A stretch of 64,000 bases of DNA from positions 906 through 64,905 of the forward strand of contig JAWABU010000004.1 of assembly GCA_038884455.1 (NCBI GenBank), in the 5' to 3' direction. The notes below the pieces were generated by a model, which searched no databases, was not told the DNA's origin, and saw nothing but the letters and a program-made list of their open reading frames with translations. The position numbers and the translations under genes are program-made. Within the stretch, counting starts at the first letter, position 1, and each line of letters starts with the position of its first letter. Positions 60,205 through 64,000 of the stretch are shown here, piece by piece. Origin of the DNA: Thermoplasmatota archaeon. Lineage in GTDB: Archaea > Thermoplasmatota > E2 > DHVEG-1.

Positions 60205-60420
60205 ATGCCGAAAGTTACCATAACATTAAGCGATGACATTTGGACTTGGTGGAAAAAAAATCCATGGATTAATCTTTCACAGCTTGCAGAACGAGAACTT
60301 CACAGAATTAGAATGCTTGAAGAACGCGTGCTTGGGAATTGTCCAAGCTGTGGAAATACAAAGCTGCGTTTTGATGGAAAAACATATTGTTGCTCAAAGT
60401 GCGGATATGTCTATGAATAG
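60205..60420 (+). CDS. zinc-ribbon protein
   Basis: CPSCG...(17)...CSKCGY C4 ribbon. Confidence 0.55.
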   Translation: MPKVTITLSDDIWTWWKKNPWINLSQLAERELHRIRMLEERVLGNCPSCGNTKLRFDGKTYCCSKCGYVYE

Positions 60421-60610
60421 AAAGTCACAACGATTCTGTCCTGAATGCGGATCAACTAATATCGACTGGGTGTTACCACAGCTCTGGTCAAAATGGCAAT
60501 GTAAAGATTGTGGGTATCAGGGTGCACTCATCGTTGAAGATGGAAAGATCGGTGATGAAATCAGAAGAGAATATCTTAAAAAGAACAAATTCAATACTAC
60601 TGGAAGGTAA
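60407..60610 (+). CDS. zinc-ribbon protein
   Basis: CPECGS...CKDCGYQG ribbon. The ATG at 60407 overlaps the previous stop by 14 nt. The six-frame ORF 60233..60610 was trimmed to this internal Met. Confidence 0.5.
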   Translation: MSMNRKSQRFCPECGSTNIDWVLPQLWSKWQCKDCGYQGALIVEDGKIGDEIRREYLKKNKFNTTGR

Positions 60611-60930
60611 TGCGTATGCTTGTTACAACAACTGATTCGATTCCTGGTAGAGACGTCAAAGAGGTTCTTGGGGTTGTATTTGGATCATGTGTTCAAACTA
60701 AACATATCGGGAAAGACATCAGAGCAGGACTGCGAAATGTTATTGGTGGGGAGGCTAAGAGTTATACTGAACTTCTTGAGGAGGCACGGCGAACCGCGAT
60801 GCAACGGATGATTGATGATGCAAAAAAACTTGGTGCTGATGCAATTATTGGTATGCGATACGCAACGGCGCAGACTATGGTTGGCGCTGCAGAACTTATC
60901 GCATTTGGTACCGCTGTAAAAACATATTAA
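60610..60930 (+). CDS. YbjQ/UPF0145 family protein (second copy)
   Basis: Same family pattern as 59677..59979. The ATG overlaps the upstream TAA (TAATG). Confidence 0.8.
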   Translation: MRMLVTTTDSIPGRDVKEVLGVVFGSCVQTKHIGKDIRAGLRNVIGGEAKSYTELLEEARRTAMQRMIDDAKKLGADAIIGMRYATAQTMVGAAELIAFGTAVKTY

Positions 60931-60971
60931 AACAATAATGAATGTTGACCACAAGAAAGAGAGGATGGCTT

Positions 60972-61688
60972 ATGTCTGTTATTGAGGTAAAAAATCTGAA
61001 AAAAAATTACGGACGCATTACAGCAGTTAGAGGAGTTTCTTTTTCAGTGAATCAAGGAGAGATTTTTGGTTTGATCGGACCGAATGGTGCCGGGAAAACA
61101 ACGATTCTTCGAATTATTGCAACACTTCTAAAAATTAGTGAAGGATCTGTCTCGATCATGGGTTTTGATTGCACTCGAGAGGCAGATGAGATCCGAAAAA
61201 TCATTAGTTATCTTCCTGAGGATGCTGGCGCGTATAAGAACCTCTCAGGAATTCAGTATCTCCGCTTCATTAGTAACTTTTTTGATACGCAAAATAAACA
61301 AGCCATGATCCAGCGAGGAGTTGAAATCGCAGATCTTGGTGATCGGATCAATGATCGAGTTGATACGTATAGTAAAGGAATGATGCGTAGACTTCTTGTT
61401 GGTCGAGCGTTGATGATTAATCCAAAACTAGCGATTCTTGATGAACCTACCTCAGGTCTTGATGTGATCAATGCACAACAGATCAGAAAAATCATTCAAA
61501 CCACTGCAAAAAATGGTACAACCATTCTTCTCTCAAGTCATAATATGCTCGAAGTTGAATTTCTCTGTGATCGTATCGCGTTGATAACCGATGGTCGGAT
61601 TGTTGAGGAAGGAACGCCAAAATCGTTACTGCAGAAATATGCTGCGAACAACATTGAGGATGTGTTTGTTAAGGTGGTGAAACCATGA
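60972..61688 (+). CDS. ABC transporter ATP-binding protein
   Basis: Walker A motif GPNGAGKTT, a signature/Walker B region (ILDEPTSGLD) and an H-loop. Confidence 0.85.
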   Translation: MSVIEVKNLKKNYGRITAVRGVSFSVNQGEIFGLIGPNGAGKTTILRIIATLLKISEGSVSIMGFDCTREADEIRKIISYLPEDAGAYKNLSGIQYLRFISNFFDTQNKQAMIQRGVEIADLGDRINDRVDTYSKGMMRRLLVGRALMINPKLAILDEPTSGLDVINAQQIRKIIQTTAKNGTTILLSSHNMLEVEFLCDRIALITDGRIVEEGTPKSLLQKYAANNIEDVFVKVVKP

Positions 61689-62974
61689 CTGCTTTGGGAA
61701 ATATTTTGAAAAAGGAGATCAGAGAGCTTCTCACGCCTGCAACATTTCTTCCTATCATCATCGTCGCGTTCTTGTTTGGAACGATGGGGAGTTCACTCCA
61801 GGGTATCCAGGAGGAAGCAAAGCAACCACCGATTATTGGTGTCATCACTGCTGATTCTGGCGTGTTTGCACAGACAGCAACAGCGATTTTTTCCCAATAT
61901 GCAAATGTTACATTTACTGGGTCTTCCCTTGCTGAGAAAGAAATCGGTTTTACGGTCCTTAAAGAAAATCATGGTGCTGCTCTAATTTATATCCCTGAAA
62001 ATTTCACGAGCAATATTCTCTTAGGACAACCAGGGTATGTTGAGATTTTCTGGGTGATGCAGGGTACGGGCATCATGGATGCCATTCCATCAGCAGCTGT
62101 TGGTTTTCTCATCCAAAAGATCGATATGAATATTTCTCAAACACTCATTCAACAGAACAGTTCGATGAATGCTTCAGTTGTTCTTGCGCCAACACAGCGT
62201 TTTGAAACCACATATTTTAAAGGGAAAGAATTCACCGGTATTTCTCCGGATACGATCATTAGTTTACTTTCCTCACAATCAATGTTGATCCCGATTGTTA
62301 TTATGATGATTATTATCATGGCAGGGGGTATTGTTATTACCTCGATGGCGTTAGAAAAAGAAAACAAAACCCTTGAAACATTACTTACGTTGCCGGTTAA
62401 ACGTACGAGTATTGTTACGGGAAAACTGATCGCAAGTGCAGTCATCGGTCTTCTCTTGTCAATTATTTATATGATTGGGATGAGTTATTATTTTCAAGGT
62501 TTTTCAATGTCTCAAGAGGGTAATCTTGCGATGTTCGGATTGACGCTTTCAATACCTGATTTTCTCTTGATTGGTGTATCGATGTTTGTGGCATTAATTG
62601 CTGGACTTGCGTTATGCATGTTGCTTGGCACCTTTGCAAAAAACTACAAGAGTGCACAGACGTTGACATTCCCGATAACCATGTTTGCTATGATTCCAAT
62701 GTTTATTGCGATGTTTGCTGATTTTGACACACTTCCGTTACTGCTGAAGGTTTTTGTTTTTGCGATACCTTTTTCTCATCCTATGCTTGCACCACGAGCA
62801 CTGCTTTTTGATGACTATCTATTGGTTGTTGGTGGGATCGTCTATGTTCTCATTTTTGCTCTTATTACGATTGGCATTGTTGTCTGGATTTTTAAAACTG
62901 ATCGACTTTTAACTGGAAGTTTACGGAAAAAAAAGACCAAGGGTTTTATGTTTGTGAACCGGCGTAGCTTCTAA
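61685..62974 (+). CDS. ABC-2 family transporter permease
   Basis: N-terminal TM, a large extracytoplasmic loop and 5 C-terminal TM helices. ATGA overlap with the ATPase gene. Confidence 0.75.
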   Translation: MTALGNILKKEIRELLTPATFLPIIIVAFLFGTMGSSLQGIQEEAKQPPIIGVITADSGVFAQTATAIFSQYANVTFTGSSLAEKEIGFTVLKENHGAALIYIPENFTSNILLGQPGYVEIFWVMQGTGIMDAIPSAAVGFLIQKIDMNISQTLIQQNSSMNASVVLAPTQRFETTYFKGKEFTGISPDTIISLLSSQSMLIPIVIMMIIIMAGGIVITSMALEKENKTLETLLTLPVKRTSIVTGKLIASAVIGLLLSIIYMIGMSYYFQGFSMSQEGNLAMFGLTLSIPDFLLIGVSMFVALIAGLALCMLLGTFAKNYKSAQTLTFPITMFAMIPMFIAMFADFDTLPLLLKVFVFAIPFSHPMLAPRALLFDDYLLVVGGIVYVLIFALITIGIVVWIFKTDRLLTGSLRKKKTKGFMFVNRRSF

Positions 62975-62984
62975 TTTTTTTCTC

Positions 62985-64000
62985 TTATTTTTTTACCCTA
63001 AGATACATAAAGAATAGATGTCCTTCAGCTTTCTTTGATACGGTTTGTACGCCGTCAACCGTGATTGTTATCGTAATGGTAACCGGGCCGATACCACGGA
63101 TTGAGGTCATTGCGATGTGCTGTGTTGCTCCGGCTTTAAGACAGGAGATACTTCCACTCTTTTTCATATGAATTGAATCAAAGAGACCGCCGGTGACCGT
63201 AATGCTCCATTCAATATTAAATGCGTCATCACCGAGGTTTTTCAGCTCAGCTGAGACTTTTCCTTGTTTCAACAATCCACCCCATCCACCGGTGATCTTC
63301 CCAATGACGACCTGTGGATCTATGATACGGATCGTGAGTGGTTCAGACCAAGTGCTCTTTTTGTGGAGGATATCTACAGCGTAGATTCTGATACTGTAGG
63401 TTCCTACGGTATCCCATGAATGATTGACGATGACTTGCTCTCCTGAATTCAGTGGTCCAACCCAAGTCCATGTATCATCTCCCCAATCCCAATAATACAA
63501 TATGTTGTGTCCTTCAGGATCAGAGGAAACTGTAGAGAACGTATAGTTAACATCTGGTAATCCAACGGTTGGTCCATTTGGCTGATCTGGCTGCTCAGGT
63601 GGTAGATTTGCTCCAAAACAGAAAATCATACCTTCGCTGTTCATAACGTAGAGATCACCGTCGGCGAGAGCTGGTGCGCAAGAAAAACCAAACGTGAATT
63701 CTTTTGACCATTGCTGTTCTCCTGTAGATGCATTGAGGCAGTACACATTTCCTTTGAGATCAACGAAATAGACAAAACCATTTCCGGAGAGTACTGGTGG
63801 AGCAACCACTCCATCTTGCGTTTGATAACTCCAAACCAAATCATAGGTGGCGCTACTTGGATCATCGATGCCTTCATCAATTCCATCGGATGGGTCTGCA
63901 TCAAAACAATACATCTCTCCAGTGATAGGAGGAACATATCCATTGTATGCTCTGTAGGAACCGATGTAGATTCGGTCATTGAAGACCGCAGGGGAAGATA
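62985..64000 (-). CDS. secreted PQQ-like beta-propeller plus PKD-like domain protein (5' end beyond window)
   Basis: PQQ-type repeats (..DGDLYVMNSEGMIFCF.., ..GNVYCLNASTGEQQW..) and a PKD-like segment (YYWDWGDDTWTWVGP...HSWDTVGTYSIRIYAVD). The reading frame stays open to the window edge. Confidence 0.6.
   Translation of the reverse strand, partial: SSPAVFNDRIYIGSYRAYNGYVPPITGEMYCFDADPSDGIDEGIDDPSSATYDLVWSYQTQDGVVAPPVLSGNGFVYFVDLKGNVYCLNASTGEQQWSKEFTFGFSCAPALADGDLYVMNSEGMIFCFGANLPPEQPDQPNGPTVGLPDVNYTFSTVSSDPEGHNILYYWDWGDDTWTWVGPLNSGEQVIVNHSWDTVGTYSIRIYAVDILHKKSTWSEPLTIRIIDPQVVIGKITGGWGGLLKQGKVSAELKNLGDDAFNIEWSITVTGGLFDSIHMKKSGSISCLKAGATQHIAMTSIRGIGPVTITITITVDGVQTVSKKAEGHLFFMYLRVKK

Noticed and set aside
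60233-60610. 125-aa ORF overlapping the 71-aa zinc-ribbon gene in another frame
   Set aside because: The first 58 codons overlap the better-supported 60205..60420 gene out of frame. Only the distal part from the Met at 60407, which carries the zinc ribbon, is likely translated.
1-64000. tRNA, rRNA or other structured RNA genes
   Set aside because: Scanning the intergenic regions by eye found no tRNA-like T-arm or acceptor consensus and no rRNA-like stretches. tRNAscan and Infernal would be needed to exclude small RNAs in the long spacers (5016-5384, 10360-10582, 59139-59437).

Overview
The window looks like a 64-kb archaeal chromosomal segment. The archaeal assignment rests on an AglB/STT3 oligosaccharyltransferase, GGGP synthase, geranylgeranyl reductase, split GMP synthase subunits, PTH2, Pelota, a type IA topoisomerase I and archaeal-type TyrRS. 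GC content is moderately low.

The first ~25 kb (3.1-26 kb) is an accessory island packed with secreted peptidases. It holds a papain-like C1A cysteine peptidase, two near-identical caspase/gingipain-like (clan CD) endopeptidases, an M14 carboxypeptidase, two M28 aminopeptidases, a signal-peptide-bearing pyroglutamyl peptidase and a PKD-domain protein. The clan CD endopeptidases are each followed by exopeptidase genes. The three exopeptidases share a C-terminal ~100-aa module. A dual-wHTH regulator, an AT-rich probably foreign sub-island (propeller protein and parallel beta-helix protein) and a nested pair of decayed IS elements interrupt the island: an IS5-like element split by an IS1634/IS4-like element that carries an in-frame TAG.

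The rest is mostly housekeeping. It includes an overlapping NFACT/Rqc2-Pelota pair, a radical SAM enzyme of AmmeMemoRadiSam type, a legumain-like peptidase, ThiL, PurM, Dus, TopA, PurE, GuaA subunits B and A, UbiX, GGGPS, an IMPase, a dihydroorotase and an AMMECR1 protein. It also includes a giant AglB with CarbopepD_reg-like C-terminal domains, Prs, a large surface protein, GGR, PTH2, PurB and TyrRS.

Two compact uncharacterised loci stand out:
- Two paralogous RHH (CopG-like) proteins at 56.9-58.9 kb. One of them encodes VYQ tandem repeats through an array of about 14-15 copies of the palindromic octamer GGTATACC.
- A tightly coupled 8-gene operon at 59.4-63.0 kb: small membrane protein, YbjQ, small membrane protein, two zinc-ribbon proteins, YbjQ, ABC ATPase and ABC-2 permease. 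Its zinc-ribbon and 2-TM parts recur as a single fused gene at 39.7 kb.

No rRNA, tRNA or CRISPR array could be supported.
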